From Escherichia coli (GTDB taxonomy: Bacteria; Pseudomonadota; Gammaproteobacteria; Enterobacterales; Enterobacteriaceae), in the NCBI RefSeq assembly GCF_002854065.1, contig NZ_CP024147.1: DNA of 64,000 nt. The stretch is one strand, 5' to 3'. Both the position numbers and the translations under genes were made by a program. The number at the start of each line of letters is the position of its first letter. Position 1 is the stretch's first letter. Shown here in pieces: positions 50,055 through 64,000 of the stretch. Below the pieces are notes generated by a model that worked only from the letters and a program-made list of their open reading frames with translations, did not search any database and was not told the DNA's origin.

Positions 50055-51230
50055 ATGCAAAAACTCATTAACTCAGTGCAAAACTATGCCTGGGGCAGCA
50101 AAACGGCGTTGACTGAACTTTATGGTATGGATAATCCGTCCAGCCAGCCGATGGCCGAGCTGTGGATGGGCGCACATCCGAAAAGCAGTTCACGAGTGCA
50201 GAATGCCGCCGGAGATATCGTTTCACTGCGTGATGTGATTGAGAGTGATAAATCGACTCTGCTCGGAGAGGCCGTTGCCAAACGCTTTGGCGAACTGCCT
50301 TTCCTGTTCAAAGTATTATGCGCAGCACAGCCACTCTCCATTCAGGTTCATCCAAACAAACACAATTCTGAAATCGGTTTTGCCAAAGAAAATGCCGCAG
50401 GTATCCCGATGGATGCCGCCGAGCGTAACTATAAAGATCCTAACCACAAGCCGGAGCTGGTTTTTGCGCTGACGCCTTTCCTTGCGATGAACGCGTTTCG
50501 TGAATTTTCCGAGATTGTCTCCCTACTCCAGCCAGTCGCAGGTGCACATCCGGCAATTGCTCACTTTTTACAACAGCCACATGCCGAACGTTTAAGCGAA
50601 CTGTTCGCCAGCCTGTTGAATATGCAGGGTGAAGAAAAATCCCGCGCGCTGGCGATTTTAAAATCGGCGCTCGACAGTCAGCAGGGTGAACCGTGGCAAA
50701 CGATTCGTTTAATTTCTGAATTTTACCCGGATGACAGCGGCCTGTTCTCTCCGCTGTTGCTGAATGTGGTGAAATTGAATCCTGGCGAAGCGATGTTCCT
50801 GTTCGCTGAAACACCGCACGCTTACCTGCAAGGCGTGGCGCTGGAAGTGATGGCAAACTCCGATAACGTGCTGCGTGCGGGTCTGACGCCTAAATACATT
50901 GATATTCCGGAACTGGTTGCCAATGTGAAGTTCGAAGCCAAACCGGCTAACCAGTTGTTGACCCAGCCGGTGAAACAAGGTGCAGAACTGGACTTCCCGA
51001 TTCCTGTTGATGATTTTGCCTTCTCGCTGCATGACCTTAGTGATAAAGAAACCACCATTAGCCAGCAGAGTGCCGCCATTTTGTTCTGTGTCGAAGGCGA
51101 TGCAACGCTGTGTAAAGGTTCTCAGCAGTTACAGCTTAAACCGGGTGAATCAGCGTTTATTGCCGCCAACGAATCACCGGTGACTGTTAAAGGCCACGGC
51201 CGTTTAGCGCGTGTTTACAACAAGCTGTAA
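50055..51230 (+). CDS. manA: mannose-6-phosphate isomerase
   Basis: 391 aa from MQKLINSVQNYAWGS; ORF-track start is extended. Confidence 0.9.
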   Translation: MQKLINSVQNYAWGSKTALTELYGMDNPSSQPMAELWMGAHPKSSSRVQNAAGDIVSLRDVIESDKSTLLGEAVAKRFGELPFLFKVLCAAQPLSIQVHPNKHNSEIGFAKENAAGIPMDAAERNYKDPNHKPELVFALTPFLAMNAFREFSEIVSLLQPVAGAHPAIAHFLQQPHAERLSELFASLLNMQGEEKSRALAILKSALDSQQGEPWQTIRLISEFYPDDSGLFSPLLLNVVKLNPGEAMFLFAETPHAYLQGVALEVMANSDNVLRAGLTPKYIDIPELVANVKFEAKPANQLLTQPVKQGAELDFPIPVDDFAFSLHDLSDKETTISQQSAAILFCVEGDATLCKGSQQLQLKPGESAFIAANESPVTVKGHGRLARVYNKL

Positions 51231-51287
51231 GAGCTTACTGAAAAAATTAACATCTCTTGCTAAGCTTATTAAAGGCTTATAACACCT

Positions 51288-51317
51288 TCAGGCGGCCAGT
51301 CCGCCTGATTTCATTTT
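51288..51317 (+). terminator. rho-independent terminator
   Basis: CAGGCGG-CCAGT-CCGCCTG followed by ATTTCATTTT. Confidence 0.5.
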
Positions 51318-51330
51318 ATGGATAATCATT

Positions 51331-52839
51331 ATGAATAAATCGCTGGTAGCGGTAGGCGTCATTGTTGCGCTAGGCGTAGTCTGGACAGGCGGCGCATGGT
51401 ATACAGGCAAGAAGATTGAAACCCATCTCGAAGACATGGTCGCGCAGGCGAACGCGCAACTCAAACTGACCGCTCCTGAATCCAACCTGGAAGTGAGTTA
51501 TCAAAACTATCATCGCGGCGTATTCAGCAGTCAGCTGCAACTGTTGGTGAAACCCATTGCCGGGAAAGAAAATCCGTGGATTAAAAGCGGTCAGAGCGTC
51601 ATCTTCAACGAATCGGTTGATCATGGTCCCTTCCCCCTTGCCCAGCTTAAAAAACTGAACCTGATCCCATCGATGGCATCAATTCAAACCACGCTGGTCA
51701 ATAACGAAGTAAGCAAACCACTGTTTGATATGGCAAAAGGTGAAACGCCTTTTGAGATTAACTCCCGCATTGGTTACAGCGGTGATTCCAGTTCCGATAT
51801 TTCGCTCAATCCGCTGAATTACGAGCAAAAGGATGAAAAAGTCGCCTTTAGCGGCGGCGAGTTCCAGTTAAATGCGGACAGAGACGGCAAAGCTATCTCC
51901 CTTTCCGGGGAGGCGCAAAGTGGTCGGATAGACGCAGTTAACGAATACAACCAGAAAGTGCAGTTGACCTTTAATAATCTGAAAACTGACGGTTCCAGCA
52001 CGCTGGCAAGTTTTGGTGAGCGCGTAGGAAACCAAAAACTGTCACTGGAAAAAATGACCATTTCAGTGGAAGGCAAAGAACTGGCACTGCTGGAAGGCAT
52101 GGAGATCAGCGGTAAATCGGATCTGGTCAATGACGGTAAAACGATCAATAGCCAACTGGATTACTCGCTAAACAGCCTGAAGGTACAGAATCAGGATCTG
52201 GGCAGCGGCAAGCTGACTTTAAAAGTCGGCCAAATTGATGGCGAAGCCTGGCATCAGTTTAGCCAGCAATATAACGCGCAAACTCAGGCGCTGCTGGCAC
52301 AGCCAGAAATTGCCAACAATCCCGAACTTTATCAGGAGAAAGTGACGGAAGCCTTCTTTAGCGCCCTGCCGCTGATGTTGAAAGGCGATCCGGTGATTAC
52401 TATCGCGCCACTAAGCTGGAAAAACAGTCAGGGTGAAAGTGCACTGAATCTGTCGCTGTTCCTGAAAGATCCGGCAACGACTAAAGAAGCGCCGCAAACG
52501 CTGGCGCAGGAAGTAGATCGTTCGGTTAAATCTCTGGATGCGAAACTGACCATTCCGGTGGATATGGCAACTGAGTTGATGACTCAGGTAGCGAAGCTGG
52601 AAGGTTATCAGGAAGATCAAGCGAAAAAACTGGCGAAACAGCAAGTTGAAGGTGCATCAGCAATGGGGCAGATGTTCCGTCTGACCACCTTGCAGGACAA
52701 TACCATCACCACCAGCCTGCAATATGCTAACGGTCAGATAACGTTAAATGGGCAGAAAATGCCACTGGAAGATTTCGTTGGTATGTTTGCAATGCCGGCA
52801 TTAAACGTTCCGGTCGTACCCGCTATTCCGCAGCAGTAA
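51331..52839 (+). CDS. ydgA: DUF945 protein YdgA
   Basis: 502-aa ORF with N-terminal TM/signal. Confidence 0.85.
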   Translation: MNKSLVAVGVIVALGVVWTGGAWYTGKKIETHLEDMVAQANAQLKLTAPESNLEVSYQNYHRGVFSSQLQLLVKPIAGKENPWIKSGQSVIFNESVDHGPFPLAQLKKLNLIPSMASIQTTLVNNEVSKPLFDMAKGETPFEINSRIGYSGDSSSDISLNPLNYEQKDEKVAFSGGEFQLNADRDGKAISLSGEAQSGRIDAVNEYNQKVQLTFNNLKTDGSSTLASFGERVGNQKLSLEKMTISVEGKELALLEGMEISGKSDLVNDGKTINSQLDYSLNSLKVQNQDLGSGKLTLKVGQIDGEAWHQFSQQYNAQTQALLAQPEIANNPELYQEKVTEAFFSALPLMLKGDPVITIAPLSWKNSQGESALNLSLFLKDPATTKEAPQTLAQEVDRSVKSLDAKLTIPVDMATELMTQVAKLEGYQEDQAKKLAKQQVEGASAMGQMFRLTTLQDNTITTSLQYANGQITLNGQKMPLEDFVGMFAMPALNVPVVPAIPQQ

Positions 52840-52850
52840 TTCACAGCCAA

Positions 52851-52878
52851 AACGCCGGAGGTTTTTCTCTCCGGCGTT
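52851..52878. terminator. bidirectional terminator hairpin
   Basis: ACGCCGGAG-GTTTTTCTC-TCCGGCGT between convergent ydgA and uidC. Confidence 0.5.
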
Positions 52879-52883
52879 ATTTC

Positions 52884-54149
52884 TTACTTCAGCATAAAGT
52901 CATACTGAATACTCATTTTCACATCCCAGTAATTCAGGCGATCGCCCAGCACACTGCCATCGCGCTTTTCCCCCCCTTTATCGGCAGCAAGAAAGAAATT
53001 CATCCCTTGTAACGGCCCTTCGCTGACCCGATAGTTCATACCACCTAAGATACCCGCGCCTTCAATCCGCACATCTCGTTTACTGGATTCATAGCCGCGA
53101 GTCACAATCGGTGCAAATGTCAGTGTAAATTGCGGCGTTAAACGATAGTTGACGCCCAATTGCCAGGACTGCATTCCTTCACGGTTACGATAAAGACTTA
53201 ATGAAAAGGGATAGCCAATGTCGGTATCCACCACGGCACCATTCATTGCATGGCGCAAATAACCACCACTGCCAAATACGCTTCCCCACGGCGCATTCCA
53301 GGTCAATTGTCCACTAACCAACGCCGTTTCATTGGGCTGACTGGTATTACGACTTAAACCTTCGAGCTGCGCGTAAAAGCCGAGCAACTCCCCTTTCAAC
53401 GTATAATTCGGGTCGAGCGGTATGCTTTTCTCGAGAATACTTTGTATCTGATTGGAAACATCTTTCTGTACCGATGCCCCCAGAGAATAGCGACTGGTAT
53501 CATCATGCCAACTGGCGGCTAAAAAAGAACGTGCGCGATGTTTATCGTATTTTCCCGTCTGGCTGTTATAAACCCCTTCATCACGAATACCGGTTGTTGA
53601 ATCGGTCCATAAAAATACTCGTGAACGCCACATTCCCCACAGATCAATATTTGGCGTTAACGCCCAATAACCTAATGCTCCTTCAGAAACTGTCGGTAAT
53701 GTACGTTGCGAACTGCCAGCCATTAACGGAATACGATAAGGTAAGCTACCATAACTATAATCCGTCCCGAAGCGACCTAATTTAAGCTGGCTATTTTCAC
53801 TGGGTTTTATTTTTACTGCCCCCAGGGCAAAGCCAAAACTTTTATCACCATCAAGATACCACCGGGTACTCATATCAGCACGAGCACCTAATTTATAAAC
53901 ATAATACGCTCCGCCTTCAACGCCAATAATATTGGAATAATAACCACTATTGAAATCGAGCAATCCTCCCTGTACCCATGCGTAAATATCTCTTCCCGCG
54001 CCAGCACTGGGCTTATCCGCCCTGCGCAATTCGTTTTTCAGTCTGATGCGTAGTCCCGCTTCATCGTCAGCCAGTTGCGCCGCGTAAGCAGAGGTAAGGC
54101 CAGAGGCAGCCGTCAGGCAAATAACGGCCATGGCCACTATTTTTCTCAT
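52884..54149 (-). CDS. uidC: outer membrane glucuronide porin-like protein UidC
   Basis: 421-aa ORF with signal peptide. Confidence 0.85.
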   Translation of the reverse strand: MRKIVAMAVICLTAASGLTSAYAAQLADDEAGLRIRLKNELRRADKPSAGAGRDIYAWVQGGLLDFNSGYYSNIIGVEGGAYYVYKLGARADMSTRWYLDGDKSFGFALGAVKIKPSENSQLKLGRFGTDYSYGSLPYRIPLMAGSSQRTLPTVSEGALGYWALTPNIDLWGMWRSRVFLWTDSTTGIRDEGVYNSQTGKYDKHRARSFLAASWHDDTSRYSLGASVQKDVSNQIQSILEKSIPLDPNYTLKGELLGFYAQLEGLSRNTSQPNETALVSGQLTWNAPWGSVFGSGGYLRHAMNGAVVDTDIGYPFSLSLYRNREGMQSWQLGVNYRLTPQFTLTFAPIVTRGYESSKRDVRIEGAGILGGMNYRVSEGPLQGMNFFLAADKGGEKRDGSVLGDRLNYWDVKMSIQYDFMLK

Positions 54150-54187
54150 AGTTGCACCTTTGATGTTCTGATTATTTTTATTGAATA

Positions 54188-54323
54188 TTAATTAGTGATA
54201 TCGCTGATTAATTGCTGCTGCACTTTTTTACGATTATCAATTTCAACCACGATTTCTTTGAATTTTTTATCCGTGAGCGGATAAAACCAGATAATGACGA
54301 ATGCCAGTAACATAAATCCGCAA
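54188..54323 (-). pseudogene. uidB: uidB 3' fragment (separated by IS1)
   Basis: Encodes ...[44 protein letters not shown] in the same frame as the upstream part once IS1 and its duplication are removed. Confidence 0.7.
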
Positions 54324-54338
54324 GGTAATGACTCCAAC

Positions 54339-54842
54339 TTATTGATAGTGTTTTATGTTCAGATAATGCCCGATGACTTTGTCATGCAGCTCCACCGATT
54401 TTGAGAACGACAGCGACTTCCGTCCCAGCCGTGCCAGGTGCTGCCTCAGATTCAGGTTATGCCGCTCAATTCGCTGCGTATATCGCTTGCTGATTACGTG
54501 CAGCTTTCCCTTCAGGCGGGATTCATACAGCGGCCAGCCATCCGTCATCCATATCACCACGTCAAAGGGTGACAGCAGGCTCATAAGACGCCCCAGCGTC
54601 GCCATAGTGCGTTCACCGAATACGTGCGCAACAACCGTCTTCCGGAGCCTGTCATACGCGTAAAACAGCCAGCGCTGGCGCGATTTAGCCCCGACGTATC
54701 CCCACTGTTCGTCCATTTCCGCGCAGACGATGACGTCACTGCCCGGCTGTATGCGCGAGGTTACCGACTGCGGCCTGAGTTTTTTAAATGGCGGAAAATC
54801 GTGTTGAGGCCAACGCCCATAATGCGGGCGGTTGCCCGGCAT
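54339..54842 (-). CDS. insB: IS1 transposase InsB
   Basis: 167-aa ORF. Confidence 0.9.
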   Translation of the reverse strand: MPGNRPHYGRWPQHDFPPFKKLRPQSVTSRIQPGSDVIVCAEMDEQWGYVGAKSRQRWLFYAYDRLRKTVVAHVFGERTMATLGRLMSLLSPFDVVIWMTDGWPLYESRLKGKLHVISKRYTQRIERHNLNLRQHLARLGRKSLSFSKSVELHDKVIGHYLNIKHYQ

Positions 54843-55036
54843 CCAACGCCATTCATGGCCATATCAATGATTTTCTGGTGCGTACCGGGTTGAGAAGCGG
54901 TGTAAGTGAACTGCAGTTGCCATGTTTTACGGCAGTGAGAGCAGAGATAGCGCTGATGTCCGGCAGTGCTTTTGCCGTTACGCACCACCCCGTCAGTAGC
55001 TGAACAGGAGGGACAGCTGATAGAAACAGAAGCCAC
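54761..55036 (-). CDS. insA: IS1 InsA
   Basis: 91-aa ORF; A-run frameshift window at the insA/insB overlap. Confidence 0.9.
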   Translation of the reverse strand: MASVSISCPSCSATDGVVRNGKSTAGHQRYLCSHCRKTWQLQFTYTASQPGTHQKIIDMAMNGVGCRATARIMGVGLNTIFRHLKNSGRSR

Positions 55037-55091
55037 TGGAGCACCTCAAAAACACCATCATACACTAAATCAGTAAGTTGGCAGCATCACC

Positions 55092-58197
<3,106 letters not shown>

Positions 58198-58536
58198 TTA
58201 ACCAATTCTGTGTTGCACACAGTTATCTGTGAGAAACCCATGGAAGAGAAATGGAAATAAAAAGAACTGACACCGCGATCAAAAAACCAAAAACTGCAAT
58301 ACCCACAGCGTGATATAGATCGCATTAATCTTTAAAACAGCGTTGACAGAAGCCATAAAACAAGCAATCGAACGTTCGTTCTATCGTATTGGGAACGATA
58401 AACTCTCATGACATATGGCTACGGTGAATATTTTAGGGAGGAATTCCCCGCTCCGGCGAGATTGTATTTTGTACAGGGAAATTAAAGTATGAAACGCGGG
58501 CTCAGTTGTCACCAGCCCGCGGAAAGAGAGAGAGAA

Positions 58537-59127
58537 TCAGGATGCGGTTAAGATACCGCCAATCATCGCGCGTAATCCCTGAGCAAACGACACTTCACGC
58601 GCCAGGTCTTCCGCTTCGATATCGGCCAGTACACCGTAGGTCAGATCCAGCAGTAAACGTGAAGTCATTGCCGTGTTGATGTCTGGGCTTATCTCGCCTT
58701 TTTGCTGGGCATCACGCATCCGCTGAGCAACAAATTCAGTGATCGTCATATGCTTATTTTTAAGCATGGCGGCGACCTGTGGGTTACGCATCCCTTCCGC
58801 CATAATTTCGACCACCAGCGCCCGTTGCCCAAAGGCTTCATGGGTGAGAGAGACAATAGACTCGACCATATAGTCAACAAAATGAATCCCTTCAATCGGT
58901 TCCCGGAAACGAGCCAGCGCCCTCTCCTGATCCTGTAAGATAATCGCCTGAATCAAGGCTTCTTTGGAGATGAAATGGTGATAGAGCGTCCCGGGACTAA
59001 TGGCGCAAGATTTACAGATGGCTTTCATCGAGGCACTGTGAAATCCATTTTCTGAAAAAATCTCTCTGGCAGCATTGAGGATCCGGGTCCGTGTCGGTTG
59101 TGCTTCAGTCTGCATGTTATCCATCAT
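58537..59127 (-). CDS. uidR: TetR-family repressor UidR
   Basis: 196-aa ORF with N-terminal HTH. Confidence 0.9.
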   Translation of the reverse strand: MMDNMQTEAQPTRTRILNAAREIFSENGFHSASMKAICKSCAISPGTLYHHFISKEALIQAIILQDQERALARFREPIEGIHFVDYMVESIVSLTHEAFGQRALVVEIMAEGMRNPQVAAMLKNKHMTITEFVAQRMRDAQQKGEISPDINTAMTSRLLLDLTYGVLADIEAEDLAREVSFAQGLRAMIGGILTAS

Positions 59128-59355
59128 TAAACCATTATAGTTAGCGTGAATAACTAGTTTACCGCGTTGTCAGGTGAGCGCCTATCATTGCTGTTGAATA
59201 GTGCGAAGGCACACTCTATTCGTATGCTTTTCATCCAGCTATTGGTTAACCAATAGCCGTGATTTGGCTGCCAGTTGTTTAGCAGAGACGTTGATGAATT
59301 GCACACGCTATCCCGGTAAACAACACATACGGCTGTTTACCGGTTCGTTAGTGTA

Positions 59356-60123
59356 TTAATTGAGCTCTTGTACCCCACCACCGGAGACGGTGAGAATTTG
59401 TCCGCTTACCCAGCTGGCTGCAGGCGAGCAAAGGAACAGCGCTGCGTTAGCAATATCTTGCGGTTGGCCCAGACGTCTGATCGGCGTGTGCTGTAACATT
59501 TTTTGTTCAATTTCTGGTGTAATAACGGATTTCAGGGCATCGGTTAATATTGCCCCCGGCGCAATGCCATTTACCCGAATATTTTTTTCACCCAGGTCAA
59601 ACGCCATATTTCTGACCAGATGACTGGCCGCAGCTTTAGATGATGCATAGGAAGTCATGTTTATATTTTTATTTTCTGCCGCCATAGAAGTGATGGTCAG
59701 AATAACGCCACCGCCATTTTTTTCCATTTCTGGCGCAACAAGTTGTGACAGATGGAAAAAAGAAAACACATTCAGTTCATAAGCACGGCGAAAATCCGCC
59801 ATTGGCATATCAAACGGTTTAGGTCCACCGCCACCGGCGTTGTTAACCAGAATATCAACTTTACCCAGCTTACTGATAGCAAAGTCTGCCAGTGCAGAGA
59901 GTTCCTGTTCGGAAGTAATATCACAACGGCAGGCAAATGCCTGACCACCCAGTTGTTGAATTTCGTCTACAACATGGTTAGCTGCGTCGGCGTTAATATC
60001 ACTGACCACCACAGATGCGCCAGCTGTCGCGAATGTAATGGCGATTTCTTTACCAATACCTGCACCCGCACCTGTGATGATGGCGCATTTTCCGTCGAGT
60101 CTCAGGTTGTCAGAATTAAACAC
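59356..60123 (-). CDS. hdhA: 7-alpha-hydroxysteroid dehydrogenase (SDR)
   Basis: 255-aa ORF with TGAGAGIG and YxxxK motifs. Confidence 0.9.
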   Translation of the reverse strand: MFNSDNLRLDGKCAIITGAGAGIGKEIAITFATAGASVVVSDINADAANHVVDEIQQLGGQAFACRCDITSEQELSALADFAISKLGKVDILVNNAGGGGPKPFDMPMADFRRAYELNVFSFFHLSQLVAPEMEKNGGGVILTITSMAAENKNINMTSYASSKAAASHLVRNMAFDLGEKNIRVNGIAPGAILTDALKSVITPEIEQKMLQHTPIRRLGQPQDIANAALFLCSPAASWVSGQILTVSGGGVQELN

Positions 60124-60234
60124 ATAAACCTCCTGTGAACTTCAGTAAAAATAAAAGGCACCGCCTGTGTGCCACATTTTTTATCATTAACCTTGAGGAA
60201 AGGACACTACCAGGTATAGCAGATAAAGAGAGGA

Positions 60235-63030
<2,796 letters not shown>

Positions 63031-63039
63031 GGATAAGAT

Positions 63040-64000
63040 ATGTTCGATTTTTCAAAGGTCGTGGATCGTCATGGCACATGGTGTACGCAGTGGGATTATG
63101 TCGCTGACCGTTTCGGCACTGCTGACCTGTTACCGTTCACGATTTCAGACATGGATTTTGCCACTGCCCCCTGCATTATCGAGGCGCTGAATCAGCGCCT
63201 GATGCACGGCGTGTTTGGCTACAGCCGCTGGAAGAACGATGAGTTTCTCGCGGCTATTGCCCACTGGTTTTCCACCCAGCATTACACCGCCATCGATCCT
63301 CAGTCGGTGGTGTATGGCCCTTCTGTTATCTATATGGTCTCAGAACTGATTCGTCAGTGGTCTGAAACAGGTGAAGGCGTGGTGATCCACACACCCGCCT
63401 ATGACGCATTTTACAAGGCCATTGATGGTAATCAGCGCACAGTAATGCCCGTTGCTTTAGAGAAGCAGGCTGACGGCTGGTTTTGCGATATGGGCAAGCT
63501 GGAAGCCGTGTTGGCGAAACCAGAATGTAAAATTATGCTCCTGTGTAGCCCACAGAATCCTACCGGGAAAGTGTGGACGTGCGATGAGCTGGAGATCATG
63601 GCTGACCTGTGCGAGCGTCATGGTGTGCGGGTTATTTCCGATGAAATCCATATGGATATGGTTTGGGGCGAGCAGCCGCATATTCCCTGGAGTAATGTGG
63701 CTCGCGGAGACTGGGCGTTGCTAACGTCGGGATCGAAAAGTTTCAATATTCCCGCCCTGACCGGTGCTTACGGGATTATAGAAAATAGCAGTAGCCGCGA
63801 TGCCTATTTATCGGCACTGAAAGGCCGTGATGGGCTTTCTTCCCCTTCGGTACTGGCGTTAACTGCCCATATCGCCGCCTATCAGCAAGGCGCGCCGTGG
63901 CTGGATGCCTTACGCATCTATCTGAAAGATAATCTGACGTATATCGCAGATAAAATGAACGCCGCGTTTCCTGAACTCAACTGGCAGATCCCGCAATCCA
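63040..64000 (+). CDS. malY: MalY (PLP-dependent C-S lyase), 3'-truncated by window end
   Basis: ATG at 63040 giving MFDFSKVVDRHGTWCTQWDYVADRFG...; open to the window end. Confidence 0.85.
   Translation, partial: MFDFSKVVDRHGTWCTQWDYVADRFGTADLLPFTISDMDFATAPCIIEALNQRLMHGVFGYSRWKNDEFLAAIAHWFSTQHYTAIDPQSVVYGPSVIYMVSELIRQWSETGEGVVIHTPAYDAFYKAIDGNQRTVMPVALEKQADGWFCDMGKLEAVLAKPECKIMLLCSPQNPTGKVWTCDELEIMADLCERHGVRVISDEIHMDMVWGEQPHIPWSNVARGDWALLTSGSKSFNIPALTGAYGIIENSSSRDAYLSALKGRDGLSSPSVLALTAHIAAYQQGAPWLDALRIYLKDNLTYIADKMNAAFPELNWQIPQS

Larger units (their letters stand above)
54324..55091 (-). mobile_element. IS1 (768 bp)
   Basis: Ends GGTAATGACTCCAACTTA... and ...GTTGGCAGCATCACC; flanked by 9-bp direct repeat AATCCGCAA (54315-54323 and 55092-55100). 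Confidence 0.95.

Overview
The window reads as Escherichia/Shigella-type chromosome. It opens in the right arm of a degraded lambdoid (Qin-like) prophage (about 1-12850) and then runs through conserved core genes: rspBA, ynfAB-speG, ynfCD, ynfEFGH-dmsD, clcB, ynfK, mlc, ynfLM, asr, ydgUD, mdtIJ, tqsA, pntBA, ydgH, ydgI, folM, ydgC, rstAB, a TerB-like site, tus, fumCA, manA, ydgA, uidCBA, uidR, hdhA, malI and malXY (malY truncated by the window end). Gene names were assigned by recognising the translated ORFs and their order; no database search was possible. Three insertion sequences are present with base-exact ends: an IS911-like IS3-family element inside the prophage, IS2 splitting ynfC, and IS1 splitting uidB. 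The prophage retains a lysis cassette, cold-shock and other cargo genes, a cos-like site, and a tail module reduced to tape-measure, M, L, a tail-fibre 3' fragment and tfa. I did not find a convincing previously undescribed multi-gene system; the most unusual content is the prophage cargo and pseudogene architecture plus the strain-specific IS disruptions. All comparisons to E. coli K-12 or phage lambda are from memory and need alignment to confirm.
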